NCBI GenBank assembly: GCA_016204045.1 | Contig: JACQLQ010000001.1 | Coordinates: 257,792 to 321,791 of the forward strand | DNA length: 64,000 nucleotides | Direction of reading: 5' to 3' | Source of the DNA: Parcubacteria group bacterium | GTDB lineage: Bacteria; Patescibacteriota; Minisyncoccia; Phycocordibacterales; UBA2135 | Shown: positions 27,231-37,754 of the stretch, in pieces | Numbering within the stretch: position 1 is the first letter of the stretch | Layout of the letters: each line of letters opens with the position of its first letter | Notes under the pieces: model-generated | What the model saw: the letters and a program-made list of their open reading frames with translations, nothing else | Database searches by the model: none | What the model was told of the DNA's origin: nothing | Program-made: the position numbers and the translations under genes

Positions 27231-27840
27231 AATGGATTACAACACGGGAGAGAAGCGCACCTCTAAAGGAGCTCTTTTTATCTCATTTATCGTAGGTATC
27301 GTCGTGGGAGTAGGTGGTTATTGGAGTGTAGACGAGAAAGGTTTTCTCGGTGATTTCTTGGCTCAACGCGAAGAAGTGGGAGAGGGGGTCGAAACTAGCC
27401 AGGAGAATGGAGGAGGTGATACGGTTGGAGATATTTTAAAGAATGCACGTCAGGCAGAACAAACTGCAGGACTTGTACAACCTGCCGTAGTCTCCGAGAA
27501 CAACGCACTTGTTGTCACAAACCAAAGCGCAGGCAACACTGTCCTCGTATCACTCGTTTCTCTCGAGCAGAGCGGTTGGGTAGCGGTACATGAGCAAACC
27601 CCCGAAGGGAACCTCGGTAACATCTTGGGCGCGCGTCGCTTTGACGCCGGAAAGCAGTTCGGACAATCAATCGCGCTACTTCGTGGCACGGAAGCAGGCA
27701 AGGTATACCAGGTGGTGCTTCACGCAGACGATGCGGATAACGTGTTTGATTTTAGATTGGAGCTTCCAGTAACTACTGCTGGGGGCGAAGGCATTGCGGC
27801 AGTCTTTACAGCGACAGCCGTTGAAGAAGTAGCATACTAA
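27199..27840 (+). CDS. Membrane-anchored hypothetical protein. The start may be 27223 or 27232.
   Basis: TM helix FISFIVGIVVGVGGYW, then a soluble domain. No family recognised. Confidence 0.55.
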   Translation: MIVIASNGMEPMDYNTGEKRTSKGALFISFIVGIVVGVGGYWSVDEKGFLGDFLAQREEVGEGVETSQENGGGDTVGDILKNARQAEQTAGLVQPAVVSENNALVVTNQSAGNTVLVSLVSLEQSGWVAVHEQTPEGNLGNILGARRFDAGKQFGQSIALLRGTEAGKVYQVVLHADDADNVFDFRLELPVTTAGGEGIAAVFTATAVEEVAY

Positions 27841-27842
27841 AT

Positions 27843-27891
27843 AGCACCAATTAAAAACACCCGCATGAGGCGGGTGTTTTTAATTGGTGCT
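27843..27891. terminator. Bidirectional terminator: a 49-bp perfect palindrome between convergent genes
   Basis: agcaccaattaaaaacacccgc-atga-gcgggtgtttttaattggtgct. Confidence 0.65.
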
Positions 27892-29085
27892 CGTGTGCGC
27901 CGGGCTTCTCATGAGTGCGGCGTTGAGTGCTCCGAAAAGCAGGATGCCCGCCAAGATAAAAAAGAGTAAACGTGCGTCAAAAAAGAGGAGGAGCACTGAT
28001 GCCGAGAGCGGGCCCGCAATAGCTGAAATCGGACGCATATCACGGAAGATGCTTATGATACTTGTGTCGGAGGCTGTAACTCGTTTGAAAAAATAACTTT
28101 CCGAAGTAATCTCGACAAAACTCATTCCAACACGAGTGCCAAAGAGACACAGTGCCCACAAAAGAAGCGAGGGCTCTCTAAGCAACACGAGAGTAGCCGT
28201 GAAGAACGCGGCAATCAAAAATCCCAGGAACATGACCCGCCTCTCTGCATTTTTCGAATCTACATAACGACCTACGGGGATTTCGAAGAGCACGAAGGGG
28301 AGGAGCATTATAGTGAGAATGATACCGATTTCGCCCCACGAGAACCCAATGTAGTCGTGCAAATAGATGGGTGTGTAGATTACCATCCACGAATAAAAGA
28401 AGTTCATCAAAAAACTCGCAATACCGGCATGACGGATGTCGTCTTTTGGGTGTTTTGCTAGAAGCGTTTTTTTGAGTGCGGCAAACAGTGAAATATCTTG
28501 ATAGACAGGGTCCTTAAAGTTGTGAAAATGGCGAGCGATAATCCACCACGTCGGGAGGGTGAAGAACGCGGCGGCGAGATACACTTTGGAGAAATCCCCG
28601 TTAGCGAGGAGATACCCCGCGACCAGAGGGCCAAGAAGAATGGCGAAGTTCAAAACAGTAAGCATGACACCCCGCAATGCCCCGGTAATACGCTCCTCGG
28701 AGTACTGTTCGATGAAGACATCGATGTTAAAGAGCGATATGGTAACAAACCCTTGGTAGACAATAAAGAGGGGAATGACAGCGCTTGACTCCGGCCATAC
28801 GGCAATTGCCACGAGCGCGAAGAACTCAAGCCCCAGGAGCGCAAGGGTTGTTTGGTAGTTCCCGAGTGTCGGAAGTACTTTGGGTGTGTATACCAAAGCA
28901 AAAAGCGAGGCAACCGAAGCCGCAATATATACAAAACCGACAAAACTCTCCGGGAGGAAGTTTTTGAGGAATGACGAGGTAATATAGAGCGTAAGACCAA
29001 GCTGGAAAGAAAAAAAGAAAAGTGCGGCGTAGAGAAAGTACAGCTTGGAGAACTTTTTAGGGAAGAGCCTCTGCATCACCCTCAT
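27880..29085 (-). CDS. MFS transporter
   Basis: 12 predicted TM helices. Typical MFS loop G-R-Y-V-D-S-K. Confidence 0.75.
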   Translation of the reverse strand: MRVMQRLFPKKFSKLYFLYAALFFFSFQLGLTLYITSSFLKNFLPESFVGFVYIAASVASLFALVYTPKVLPTLGNYQTTLALLGLEFFALVAIAVWPESSAVIPLFIVYQGFVTISLFNIDVFIEQYSEERITGALRGVMLTVLNFAILLGPLVAGYLLANGDFSKVYLAAAFFTLPTWWIIARHFHNFKDPVYQDISLFAALKKTLLAKHPKDDIRHAGIASFLMNFFYSWMVIYTPIYLHDYIGFSWGEIGIILTIMLLPFVLFEIPVGRYVDSKNAERRVMFLGFLIAAFFTATLVLLREPSLLLWALCLFGTRVGMSFVEITSESYFFKRVTASDTSIISIFRDMRPISAIAGPLSASVLLLFFDARLLFFILAGILLFGALNAALMRSPAHTSTN

Positions 29086-31088
29086 TATATTCCAAGTATG
29101 ACAGGGATGACAATCGGGCGTTTGTTAGTTTTCTGGAAGAGATATTTCGATACCTCGTCAGTCAAGATGCCCTTAAGGTAGTCGAAGTTCACCGGGTGCA
29201 TTGCGCCAACCTCCTTCTCAACCGTTTTCTTTACAAGCGTGCGAGCATTTGAGAGCAGTTCTTGAGACTCGCGAAGGTATACGAACCCACGTGAGATGAT
29301 GTCTGGTGATTTGCGGAGCTTTCCTGTAGTAACGTCCAAAGTTACCACGAGGACAAACATGCCGTCTTGAGCAAGCATTTGTCGGTCTCGAAGCACAACC
29401 TCCTGTATGTCGCCGATTGAGAAGCCGTCCACAAGGACCATTCCGCGAGGGGCCATTTCTTTAAGACGGACTATTTTCTCGCCTCCGTTCTGTATTTCAA
29501 TGATAGCGCCGTTGTCAGGGATTATGACGCGGTCTTCGGGCATCCCGACTCTCTGCGCGAGTTTTCCATGCACATGAAGCATGTAGTGGTAGCCGTGAAT
29601 CGGAATAAAGAACCGTGGTTTTACATGTTTGTGGATCCATTCAAGTTCACCCTGGTTCGCATGCCCACTTGAGTGCACGTCGGAGACTTGATAATGGACA
29701 ATGTTTGCGCCCTGCCGTGCAAGGTTGTCTTTAAGTTTTTGTACAGCGAGCTCATTTCCAGGGATGATAGAGGACGAGAGAACAATCGTATCTCGTTTTG
29801 AGAGGCGAATGTACTTGTGACCCTTGTTTGCAACACGCATGAGAACCGCGTGCTCGTCTCCCTGCGCACCGGTCACAAGAATAACAATTTTTTCTGGAGA
29901 ATAATCATCCATGGCATCAATGGGGACGATTGTTCCTTTCTGCGGCTTCAAAATGCCCGCTTCCGTTGCTATCTCAACGTTTTGCTTCATGCTCCGTCCG
30001 TCGATAATGATTTTCTTGTTGTATTTCTCGGTAATCTCTATGATTTTTGCGATACGCTCTATCTGAGAGGCAAACGTGCCGATGATAAGACGGCCTCGCG
30101 CATTCTTGATGATGTCCTCCATCGTCTTAAAGACGGCTGATTCTGGGATAGACCACCCCGGCTTCTCAACGTTGGTTGAGTCTGCGAGCAATGCAAGGAC
30201 CTTTTCTTTTGCAAATATGCCGAATTCCTCATCCTCTTTCTTGGATGGCGTACCGTCTTTATGTTCAAGCTTTAAGTCACCTGTGTGCACAATGACACCG
30301 TGGGGGGTTTCAATGATGACTCCAGCAGCGTCCGGTATTGTATGTGTTACCGCAAAGAAACGCACACGAAAGCCGCCCAAGATAAGGTTCTCGTCTCCTT
30401 TGATCTCATTCAAATTAAGTGGCGGTAGTTCCGGGAATTCACCTTGCCGTTTCTTCACCATAAGCAAGGTCAAGAGCCGGGTGTAGATAGGCGGATTTCC
30501 AATGCGCGGCATGATGTAGGGGATACCACCAATGTGGTCGAGGTGTCCGTGCGTGATAATCACTCCTCGGATCTTTTCTTTTCTCTCCTCGAGGTATCGT
30601 GTATTGGGGAGAATGTAGTCGATACCCGGTGTCTCTTCGGCTTGGAACTGGATGCCACAGTCAACAATGAGGATGTCATCCCCGTATTCAAAAGCCGTCA
30701 TGTTGCGGCCAACCTCTTCAACCCCTCCCAACGGAATGATTCGAATAGAATCCTTGGCGAGGGGTGGGATTATCTCCTCTCCCGGCCTTCGTTCTTTTGT
30801 TGGGTGCCCACCCTTGGGGGCGTCTCTCCATACGGCATTGCCGCTTTGTCTCTGGCGGCTACGTCCTCCATGGGACTTATGGCCTCCGCCACTCTTGCCA
30901 CCTCCGTGGTATGGTTTGCGTCGTCCTCCGCCTCGGCTCTGCCCAGGCGAGGCTGGTCCTCCTGTTTTTCTTTCAGCAGACTGATGCGGCCGCCAACGCG
31001 ACCCTCGTTCTCCTCCCTCTTTCTTTGGTGCGCGGTCCACTTGTCGTCCGTGCGATGCTTGTTTTTTGTCGTCCATGATTGTAGCCAC
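29085..31088 (-). CDS. rnj: Ribonuclease J (MBL + beta-CASP) with an N-terminal Arg/Gly-rich extension of about 110 aa
   Basis: HGHLDHIGG and the beta-CASP layout. N-terminus: GGGRRKPYHGGGKSGGGHKSHGGRSRQRQ. Confidence 0.85.
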   Translation of the reverse strand: MATIMDDKKQASHGRQVDRAPKKEGGERGSRWRPHQSAERKTGGPASPGQSRGGGRRKPYHGGGKSGGGHKSHGGRSRQRQSGNAVWRDAPKGGHPTKERRPGEEIIPPLAKDSIRIIPLGGVEEVGRNMTAFEYGDDILIVDCGIQFQAEETPGIDYILPNTRYLEERKEKIRGVIITHGHLDHIGGIPYIMPRIGNPPIYTRLLTLLMVKKRQGEFPELPPLNLNEIKGDENLILGGFRVRFFAVTHTIPDAAGVIIETPHGVIVHTGDLKLEHKDGTPSKKEDEEFGIFAKEKVLALLADSTNVEKPGWSIPESAVFKTMEDIIKNARGRLIIGTFASQIERIAKIIEITEKYNKKIIIDGRSMKQNVEIATEAGILKPQKGTIVPIDAMDDYSPEKIVILVTGAQGDEHAVLMRVANKGHKYIRLSKRDTIVLSSSIIPGNELAVQKLKDNLARQGANIVHYQVSDVHSSGHANQGELEWIHKHVKPRFFIPIHGYHYMLHVHGKLAQRVGMPEDRVIIPDNGAIIEIQNGGEKIVRLKEMAPRGMVLVDGFSIGDIQEVVLRDRQMLAQDGMFVLVVTLDVTTGKLRKSPDIISRGFVYLRESQELLSNARTLVKKTVEKEVGAMHPVNFDYLKGILTDEVSKYLFQKTNKRPIVIPVILGI

Positions 31089-31134
31089 TCGTTCGTAGCT
31101 TTTAGAGAAATTTTAATCTCTTATCTATTTGTAA

Positions 31135-32910
31135 TTACTTGAAAAATACCCACTCTCTATTAGTTTCTATGAACCACTGATGTATGTTAATGAATCGCTC
31201 TGACGGCAAGGCGATCGTGCCTCGCTCCACTCCTTGTATCCGCTCCGGCAATATGTAGATAAAGTCTGGGGAATAGATGAACACTGCGGGGGAGTCCGAT
31301 GCAATTTCTTTTTGGAACTTTTCGTATGCTTCTGCGCGTTTCTCAATATCCGTTGTCGAACGAGCTCCTTCGAGCAGTTTGTCCACAGTGATGTTTGTAT
31401 AGAGTGCAATGTTTAGTCCAGGATCGTTTCTTTGTGAGGAGTGCCAGAAGGGGAATGGGTCTGATTCTCTGCCGATGACTTCTCCAAAGAAAAGTGTGTC
31501 ATAGGTGCGCGGTCGTATAACATTTTGGTTGAGCTCGTTCACGGGGAGTGTCTGGATGATGACATCCGCTCCGAGCCCCCTCCATTCGCTCTGAAGTGCT
31601 TTTGCGGTGAGGAGGAGCTCCTCCGCATTTGACGTTGCGAGTGAAAAAGCAAGCGCTTGCCCCTTTCGTTTACGAATGCCCGTCTCTTTATCGAGTACCC
31701 ATCCGTTCTTTTCGAGAAGCGCTATGGCGGCTTCCACATCCCCTGAGCTTTCCTCGGTAGGAGCTATATAACCGAGAGCCCCCGGCGGGAGCGGCCCCTC
31801 AAGTGGCGTGCCATAGCCATGAAGCACATTATCTACCAGTTTCTTCTTGTCGAGCGCCATTTCGAGAGCCTGCCGCACCGCTTTTTGGGTGAAGATTTCA
31901 TTTTTGTTGTGATTGAAAAAGACTCCGAAGACACGGGGGAGGAGGAAGTTTAATATGCGATAGCCCTCTTCTCTAAGTTTTGCCGCCTCAAATGTAGGTA
32001 TTGCAGAGACTGCCTCAACACCTCCCTTGCGCAGTGCCACAAGCAAATGTTCCTCGTCTGGATAAAAGTTGATATGAATCTTTGCAATATACGGTATCCC
32101 AAGCGCAAAGTGCTTGAACGGTGCGAGTTCGTAATACTTAGGAATCCCAGCCGAGTCGCGCTTAATTTTCTCGACACGATATGGTCCCGAACCAATTGGG
32201 TTTATGTTGTACAACGAGAAGGCAAATTGCTCCGGTGTGATCTTTTCCCAAACGTGTTTTGGCAGTATCCCGAGTGTCGTGTTCTCAAGGAATGGAGCAT
32301 AGGGCTGTTTCAGCGTAAAGACAACTGTCTTATTATCCGTTTTTGCAACATCAACACCTTCCCAGTTTGCAAGCTTGGGGCTTTTGAGCGTGCTGTCTTG
32401 AACTTTTTTGATAGTAAAAACGACATCATCCGCCGTCACTGGCTTGCCATCATGCCAGCGAAGGGCGTCTCGCAATACAAATGTATATGAGAGCCCATCA
32501 GGAGAAACAATATAGTTTTCTGCAAGGTCATTCACCAGTGTCCCGTCTGTGGTTGGGCGAAGGAGGCCCGAATAGACGAGTGCTGTGATATCGCGATCTG
32601 CGTCTGACGTGGCAAGTAGCGGATTCAAAAAGCGCGGTGTACCAACAACTCCTTCAGTGAAGGAGCCGCCACGCGCGGGGACTATTTCGATGAACATCGC
32701 ATTCACGGTAAGCAGTGTACCGAGGACTCCCACGACAAATAGGAGGACAAGCCCGAAGAATACTCGGCGCTCATGGGTACCAAGCGAAAGAATAATCAGC
32801 CGCACATAACGTACGGAAGCCTTAACTTTTTCGCGGAACCCAGGTGTTTCCGGCGTGGAATCACTGCTCTTCTCTGATTCGTTTGTAGTATTTTCGAGAG
32901 GAGAAATCAC
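31135..32910 (-). CDS. ABC transporter substrate-binding protein, family 5 (peptide/nickel type), with an N-terminal anchor
   Basis: Length and the typical SBP_bac_5 features. Confidence 0.75.
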   Translation of the reverse strand: MISPLENTTNESEKSSDSTPETPGFREKVKASVRYVRLIILSLGTHERRVFFGLVLLFVVGVLGTLLTVNAMFIEIVPARGGSFTEGVVGTPRFLNPLLATSDADRDITALVYSGLLRPTTDGTLVNDLAENYIVSPDGLSYTFVLRDALRWHDGKPVTADDVVFTIKKVQDSTLKSPKLANWEGVDVAKTDNKTVVFTLKQPYAPFLENTTLGILPKHVWEKITPEQFAFSLYNINPIGSGPYRVEKIKRDSAGIPKYYELAPFKHFALGIPYIAKIHINFYPDEEHLLVALRKGGVEAVSAIPTFEAAKLREEGYRILNFLLPRVFGVFFNHNKNEIFTQKAVRQALEMALDKKKLVDNVLHGYGTPLEGPLPPGALGYIAPTEESSGDVEAAIALLEKNGWVLDKETGIRKRKGQALAFSLATSNAEELLLTAKALQSEWRGLGADVIIQTLPVNELNQNVIRPRTYDTLFFGEVIGRESDPFPFWHSSQRNDPGLNIALYTNITVDKLLEGARSTTDIEKRAEAYEKFQKEIASDSPAVFIYSPDFIYILPERIQGVERGTIALPSERFINIHQWFIETNREWVFFK

Positions 32911-32979
32911 AAAAGATAGGCACTAGGTTTTGGTCGCCGATGTTAGGCGAGTTCGTCCCTATGAGCTAGTCGCTAAACT

Positions 32980-33207
32980 CTAAATAAGGAGAGTGACAAA
33001 CGCTGTAATTGCAAAAAGAATACCAAGGATAATTGTTGCAAGGAAGAAAACGCGCTCTGCACCACGCCTTGTGTGGAAGCCGCCTGCGTCTGCCCCACCG
33101 AATGCTCCACCTAAACTGGCTCCAGTTTGCTGGAGTAAGATTGCTGCGACGAGGAGCACTGAAAGCACGATTTGGATCCAAGGAAGGACCGATACAAGCA
33201 ATTCCAT
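32980..33207 (-). CDS. secG: Preprotein translocase subunit SecG
   Basis: VLLVAAILLQQTGASLGGAFGG. Two TM helices, 75 aa. Confidence 0.75.
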   Translation of the reverse strand: MELLVSVLPWIQIVLSVLLVAAILLQQTGASLGGAFGGADAGGFHTRRGAERVFFLATIILGILFAITAFVTLLI

Positions 33208-33425
33208 GTAATTCCCACTCTAGCGTACTATTGCGACGGAGTCAACTACCCAGCAAACATGCCCGAAAGCCCTCTAATACAAGGGGCTATGTGGCAGTAG
33301 CTTTTTTGCAATTTGCGTGTTACAATTTGCCCACGAAGTGGGTTATGTATAACAAAGAGCGGCTTTGTCGCCTTGTTTTCTAAGGTGGTGAGGACGTAGC
33401 AAAAAGAACTTAATTTTTTAAAACT

Positions 33426-33734
33426 ATGAGTACAAAAAAACCAAAAGAGATTATCCCCTTGGGGGACAGGGTTCTCATTGAGCCCCTCGAAGATGAGAAG
33501 AGGACGGACTCGGGTATTATTATTCCCGATACTGCAAAGGGAGAGCGACCTCAGATGGGCAAGGTTGTAGCAGTCGGCGAAGGCAAGAGAAATGATAATG
33601 GCGACCTTGTGCCCATGACAGTCAAGAAGGGCAACGTTGTCCTTTTCTCGAAATACGGTCCTGATGAAATAAAGGTTGAGGGGGAGGAGTTTCTCATTAC
33701 CAGCGAATCCAATATCTTGGCTATCATCAAATAA
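33426..33734 (+). CDS. groES: Co-chaperonin GroES
   Basis: [12 protein letters not shown]...[10 protein letters not shown]...GKVVAVG. Confidence 0.9.
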   Translation: MSTKKPKEIIPLGDRVLIEPLEDEKRTDSGIIIPDTAKGERPQMGKVVAVGEGKRNDNGDLVPMTVKKGNVVLFSKYGPDEIKVEGEEFLITSESNILAIIK

Positions 33735-33737
33735 CGT

Positions 33738-35384
33738 ATGGCAAAACGAATTCTCTTTAACGAAGAAGCGCGCAGCGCCTTGAGGCGCGGAGTAGATATT
33801 GCCGGAGACGCTGTCCGGATAACCTTGGGCCCGCGGGGGAGGAACGTCATTTTTGACAAAGGCTTTGGCGCACCCACCATCACGAACGACGGTGTTTCTA
33901 TAGCAAAAGAAATCGAGCTCAAGGACAAGTTTGAGAACATGGGTGCAGAGATTGCGAAAGAGGTTGCGAACAAAACGAACGATGTCGCCGGTGACGGCAC
34001 CACGACGTCCGTCGTGCTTCTCCAGGCAATGGTCTCTGAAGGCTTTCGCAAGATTGCAATGGGCTTAAACCCCATGGCGACACGCGCGGGTATTGAGCGT
34101 GCACTCGCGGATGTCGTCGCGGCGCTTCACACCATTGCGACACCGATCAAGGGTCGCACAGAGATCGAACATGTCGCGACCATCTCTGCGGAGTCCGAAG
34201 AGATCGGCAAGAAGATCGCTGAGACATTCGAGAAGGTTGGCGAAGACGGCGTCGTGACCGTCGAGGAATCGCAGTCATTTGGCGTCGAGTCAGAAGTTGC
34301 ACTAGGGCTCGAGTTCGACAAAGGGTATGTTTCTCCGTACATGATTACAAACACGGAACGCATGGAAGCGGAATACCGCGAGGTCTCGATACTTATTACC
34401 GACAAAAAGATTGCAAGCGTGCAAGAAATCTTACCGCTTCTTGAAAAGCTGGCGCAGAGTGGCAAAAAGGAGCTCGTCATTATTGCTGATGATGTGGAGG
34501 GCGAGGCGCTCACCACCTTCGTCGTGAACAAACTACGCGGCGCCTTTAGTATACTCGCGGTCAAGGCTCCTGGCTACGGCGACCGCAAGAAAGAGATGCT
34601 CCAGGACATTGCAACTACGACGGGTGGACAGGTCATCTCTGAAGATCGAGGTGTCAAACTTGAAAATGCGGAAGTAAAGATGCTCGGCAAGGCGGGGAGA
34701 GTTGTCGCGACCAAGGAGTCCACCCTCATCGTCAATGGCAAGGGGAAGAAGTCTGACATCGATGAACGCGTAGCACAACTGAGGCGTCAACTTGAACAAA
34801 CAGATTCTAAATTTGATAAAGAAAAAATCCAAGAACGTATCGGCAAACTTTCAGGAGGGGTGGCCGTGATTCGTGTTGGGGCCGCAACTGAGACCGAGAT
34901 GAAGTATAAGAAATTGAAGATTGAAGATGCGGTGAACGCTACTCGTGCCGCTATTAAAGAAGGTGTTGTGCCTGGGGGTGGCACCGCATTGGTTAAGGTG
35001 CTCGAGAAACTCGAAGGCAAGAAAAGCCTTGAGAGTCTTTCAGAAGAAGAGCGCGCTGGCTACGAGATCGTCCTTCGCTCGCTTTCGATGCCTCTTCGCC
35101 AGATTGCTGTTAATGCCGGAAAGGGTGATGGTTCACTCATTGTGCATGAAGTACGAAAGGGCAAGGGTAACGCAGGTTATGATGCAAAGAAGGACCAGGT
35201 GATCCCAGACATGATTGCGGCAGGTATCATTGACCCTGTTAAAGTGACCCGGAGCGCTATTGAAAACGCAGCCTCTGCGGCGGGTATCCTCCTCACGACT
35301 GAAGCAGCGATCGCTGAAGAGCCAAAAGAAGAGAAAGGCGATAATGGCGCCGGAATGGGAGGCGGTATGCCAGGAATGATGTAG
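33738..35384 (+). CDS. groEL: Chaperonin GroEL
   Basis: AGDGTTTSVVL, a GGM-rich C-terminus, 548 aa. Confidence 0.95.
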   Translation: MAKRILFNEEARSALRRGVDIAGDAVRITLGPRGRNVIFDKGFGAPTITNDGVSIAKEIELKDKFENMGAEIAKEVANKTNDVAGDGTTTSVVLLQAMVSEGFRKIAMGLNPMATRAGIERALADVVAALHTIATPIKGRTEIEHVATISAESEEIGKKIAETFEKVGEDGVVTVEESQSFGVESEVALGLEFDKGYVSPYMITNTERMEAEYREVSILITDKKIASVQEILPLLEKLAQSGKKELVIIADDVEGEALTTFVVNKLRGAFSILAVKAPGYGDRKKEMLQDIATTTGGQVISEDRGVKLENAEVKMLGKAGRVVATKESTLIVNGKGKKSDIDERVAQLRRQLEQTDSKFDKEKIQERIGKLSGGVAVIRVGAATETEMKYKKLKIEDAVNATRAAIKEGVVPGGGTALVKVLEKLEGKKSLESLSEEERAGYEIVLRSLSMPLRQIAVNAGKGDGSLIVHEVRKGKGNAGYDAKKDQVIPDMIAAGIIDPVKVTRSAIENAASAAGILLTTEAAIAEEPKEEKGDNGAGMGGGMPGMM

Positions 35385-35415
35385 TGACACCCACCTATAA
35401 ATGTCGCAAAAGAAC

Positions 35416-35445
35416 AAAAACCCCGCGCCTTGCGCGGGGTTTTTG
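35416..35445 (+). terminator. Rho-independent terminator with a CTTG loop
   Basis: aaaaaccccgcgc-cttg-gcgcggggttttt. Confidence 0.65.
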
Positions 35446-35504
35446 TTGGGTGAGTTGTATGCTACTATTGATCGTATCTTACTAACTAACCATCAGTTAG
35501 CACC

Positions 35505-36131
35505 ATGTCTCAATTTTGGAATATCATCTTTGCACTTGTTGTACTAGCCCTCCTTGCAAGTGGCTTCTTCGATTTTATCGAATGGAAATTCAACCTCATC
35601 GCGATTGCAGTGGCCGCAGTCTTTTGGTTCGTCGCAATTTACAACAGCTTTGTCGCGCTCGTAAACCGTGCCAAAGAGGCATGGGCGGACATTGACGTGC
35701 AGTTGAAGCGCCGCTATGATCTGATCCCGAATTTGGTGAACGCTGTGAAGGGGTATATGACACATGAACGCGCGACCCTAGAGAAGGTGACAGAAGCCCG
35801 GGCGCAAGCGCTTGCGGCACAGACAGTGGGGGAGCACAACAAAGCAGATAACATGCTCTCGGATGCGCTCAAGTCGCTCTTTGCCGTTTCTGAAAATTAC
35901 CCGGATCTCAAAGCGAGCCAGAACTTTCTTGAGCTCCAACGCGAGCTCTCCGACACAGAGAACAAGATTCAAGCGGCGCGACGATTCTACAATACGAATG
36001 TGCGCGACCTTAACACAGCAATCGACTCGTTTCCGTACAATATCTTTGCTGGAGTCTTTGGCTTCAAGCCGCGCGACTTCTTCGAACTTGGAGAGGCAGG
36101 AGCGCGCGAGCCGGTGAATGTGAACTTTTAG
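35505..36131 (+). CDS. lemA: LemA family protein
   Basis: N-terminal TM helix, then NRAKEAWADIDVQLKRRYDLIPNLV. Confidence 0.8.
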   Translation: MSQFWNIIFALVVLALLASGFFDFIEWKFNLIAIAVAAVFWFVAIYNSFVALVNRAKEAWADIDVQLKRRYDLIPNLVNAVKGYMTHERATLEKVTEARAQALAAQTVGEHNKADNMLSDALKSLFAVSENYPDLKASQNFLELQRELSDTENKIQAARRFYNTNVRDLNTAIDSFPYNIFAGVFGFKPRDFFELGEAGAREPVNVNF

Positions 36132-36174
36132 CTACTAGAGTGCAATAAAAAAATCCCTATTGGGGGATTTTGCG

Positions 36175-36384
36175 CTAGCGCCTCGGCGCTTCGTAGATAC
36201 AGAGACCAACAAGAAACATGATGCCCAAGAATGTGAACGGGATGTCCCAAACTCTATTGAACGCCTGAAAGGCATTGGGTAGATCAGTATTCCAGAACCT
36301 ATTTAGCAAAAGATCGCTTATCGGGTAGAGGAAAAATCCAGCGAGGCAGACAAGAAAGGTGACCTTCAACAGACGCGCGAGCAT
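36175..36384 (-). CDS. Small membrane protein of 69 aa
   Basis: Two hydrophobic helices. TAAATG stop/start overlap with the upstream small ORF. Confidence 0.4.
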   Translation of the reverse strand: MLARLLKVTFLVCLAGFFLYPISDLLLNRFWNTDLPNAFQAFNRVWDIPFTFLGIMFLVGLCIYEAPRR

Positions 36385-36633
36385 TTAGGAGTACTTGTCT
36401 AGACGTTCCCAGTTTTTTGTGACAAATCCGATTGCGCCCACGAGAGCGGCTATGAGGAGACCTGGAATCAGGAGGAGACTTGGTCCGAAGATGCCCAACG
36501 CACCCAAAGGTATCATCAGGAGAAAGAGACCCAAAGACCCGAAGCAAATAACGAGGAACGTTAGATCCAGACCATCAAAAGACACGTCACGATAAGAGGG
36601 TTTCGTCTGCGTTACCATCGCTATTCCTCGCAT
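36385..36633 (-). CDS. Small membrane protein of about 82 aa. Start at MRGIAMV.
   Basis: Hydrophobic helices. Translationally coupled to 36175-36384. Confidence 0.4.
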   Translation of the reverse strand: MRGIAMVTQTKPSYRDVSFDGLDLTFLVICFGSLGLFLLMIPLGALGIFGPSLLLIPGLLIAALVGAIGFVTKNWERLDKYS

Positions 36634-36699
36634 TTGTTCTAAAAACAATTTACCACAACTATTTGAAATACGCAAGCCCCCCAATTGTTTAATTCCTAA

Positions 36700-37617
36700 T
36701 TGCTAATCCCTAGTGGCTATATTATGGCTTCCATTTACACCCACAAAGATGCAAATATCAGGAAAACATGGCTTCTTATGCTAGGGTTTTTGATCGTGGT
36801 TATTCTCATTGGCTGGGGGTTTAGCTGGTACATGGGAGACGCCGTCGTCCTGTATGTCGCAGTTGCATTAGCTCTCGGCATGAATGTCAGCGCCTACTGG
36901 TGGTCCGATAAGCTTGTGATCAAGATGACAGGGGCTCACCCGATAACCCGCGATTCACATCGCGAACTCTGGAATGTTGTCGAGAATCTCTCCATCACCG
37001 CGGGGCTCCCAATGCCGAAGGTCTATGTGGTGGATGATCCGGCGCCGAACGCATTTGCGACAGGAAGGAACCCCAAACACGCAGTCGTTGCTGCGACGAC
37101 GGGGCTCTTGCAGATCCTGAACAAGACAGAACTCGAAGGTGTCATTGCGCATGAGCTTTCGCATATCGGTAACCGGGACATGTTTGTTTCAACGGTCGCA
37201 GTCGTTCTCGTTGGTTTCATTGCAATCCTCGCAGACATCTTTCTTCGCATGATGTATTTTGGTGGAGGTCATGACCGCGACTCTCGCGCCGGCGTTGCTT
37301 TTTTACTATTGGGACTTGTCGCTGCAATCTTGGCTCCCATCGCAGCGCAACTCATTCACTTGGCTATTTCTCGCAAGCGCGAGTTTTTAGCGGACGCTTC
37401 GGGGGCACTATTAACCCGTTACCCGGAAGGACTTGCCACTGCTTTGGAGAAGATTGCGGTGCATGGAATGGAAATGAGGAAGACGAGCCACGCGACCGCC
37501 CACCTTTTTATTGCCAATCCGTTTGGTTCGAATGGGAGGGGAATGCACTGGGTTAACAAGCTGTTTAGCTCACACCCTGATCCCAAAGAGCGCGTTCGGA
37601 TCTTGCGCGGGCTTTAG
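36700..37617 (+). CDS. htpX: M48 family protease HtpX
   Basis: HELSHIGNRD (HExxH), a TM-rich N-terminus, and the conserved C-terminus. Confidence 0.85.
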   Translation: MLIPSGYIMASIYTHKDANIRKTWLLMLGFLIVVILIGWGFSWYMGDAVVLYVAVALALGMNVSAYWWSDKLVIKMTGAHPITRDSHRELWNVVENLSITAGLPMPKVYVVDDPAPNAFATGRNPKHAVVAATTGLLQILNKTELEGVIAHELSHIGNRDMFVSTVAVVLVGFIAILADIFLRMMYFGGGHDRDSRAGVAFLLLGLVAAILAPIAAQLIHLAISRKREFLADASGALLTRYPEGLATALEKIAVHGMEMRKTSHATAHLFIANPFGSNGRGMHWVNKLFSSHPDPKERVRILRGL

Positions 37618-37693
37618 GAGTATTTTAATATTTCGCTCAAAAAAGTTTAAAAAGCACTTAATTCTCAAGTGTTTTTTAGTGTATCGCTATCTA

Positions 37694-37721
37694 TTGACTT
37701 TTGCTACCAATTTGCTATAAT
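37694..37721 (+). promoter_or_regulatory. Consensus promoter TTGACT-16-TATAAT
   Basis: Hexamers read directly, 34 nt upstream of the 37755 ATG, which has a GGAGG RBS. Confidence 0.45.
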
Positions 37722-37754
37722 TAAGGGGAAACGAATTGGAGGAGATCTTTCATC

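Noticed and set aside
30444-31142. 232-aa plus-strand ORF
   Set aside because: Antisense to the well-supported RNase J gene.
33208-33425. Looked for a CIRCE (TTAGCACTC-N9-GAGTGCTAA) HrcA operator upstream of groES
   Set aside because: No match. Only weak direct repeats (ttgcaatttgc/ttacaatttgc) and a short hairpin were present.
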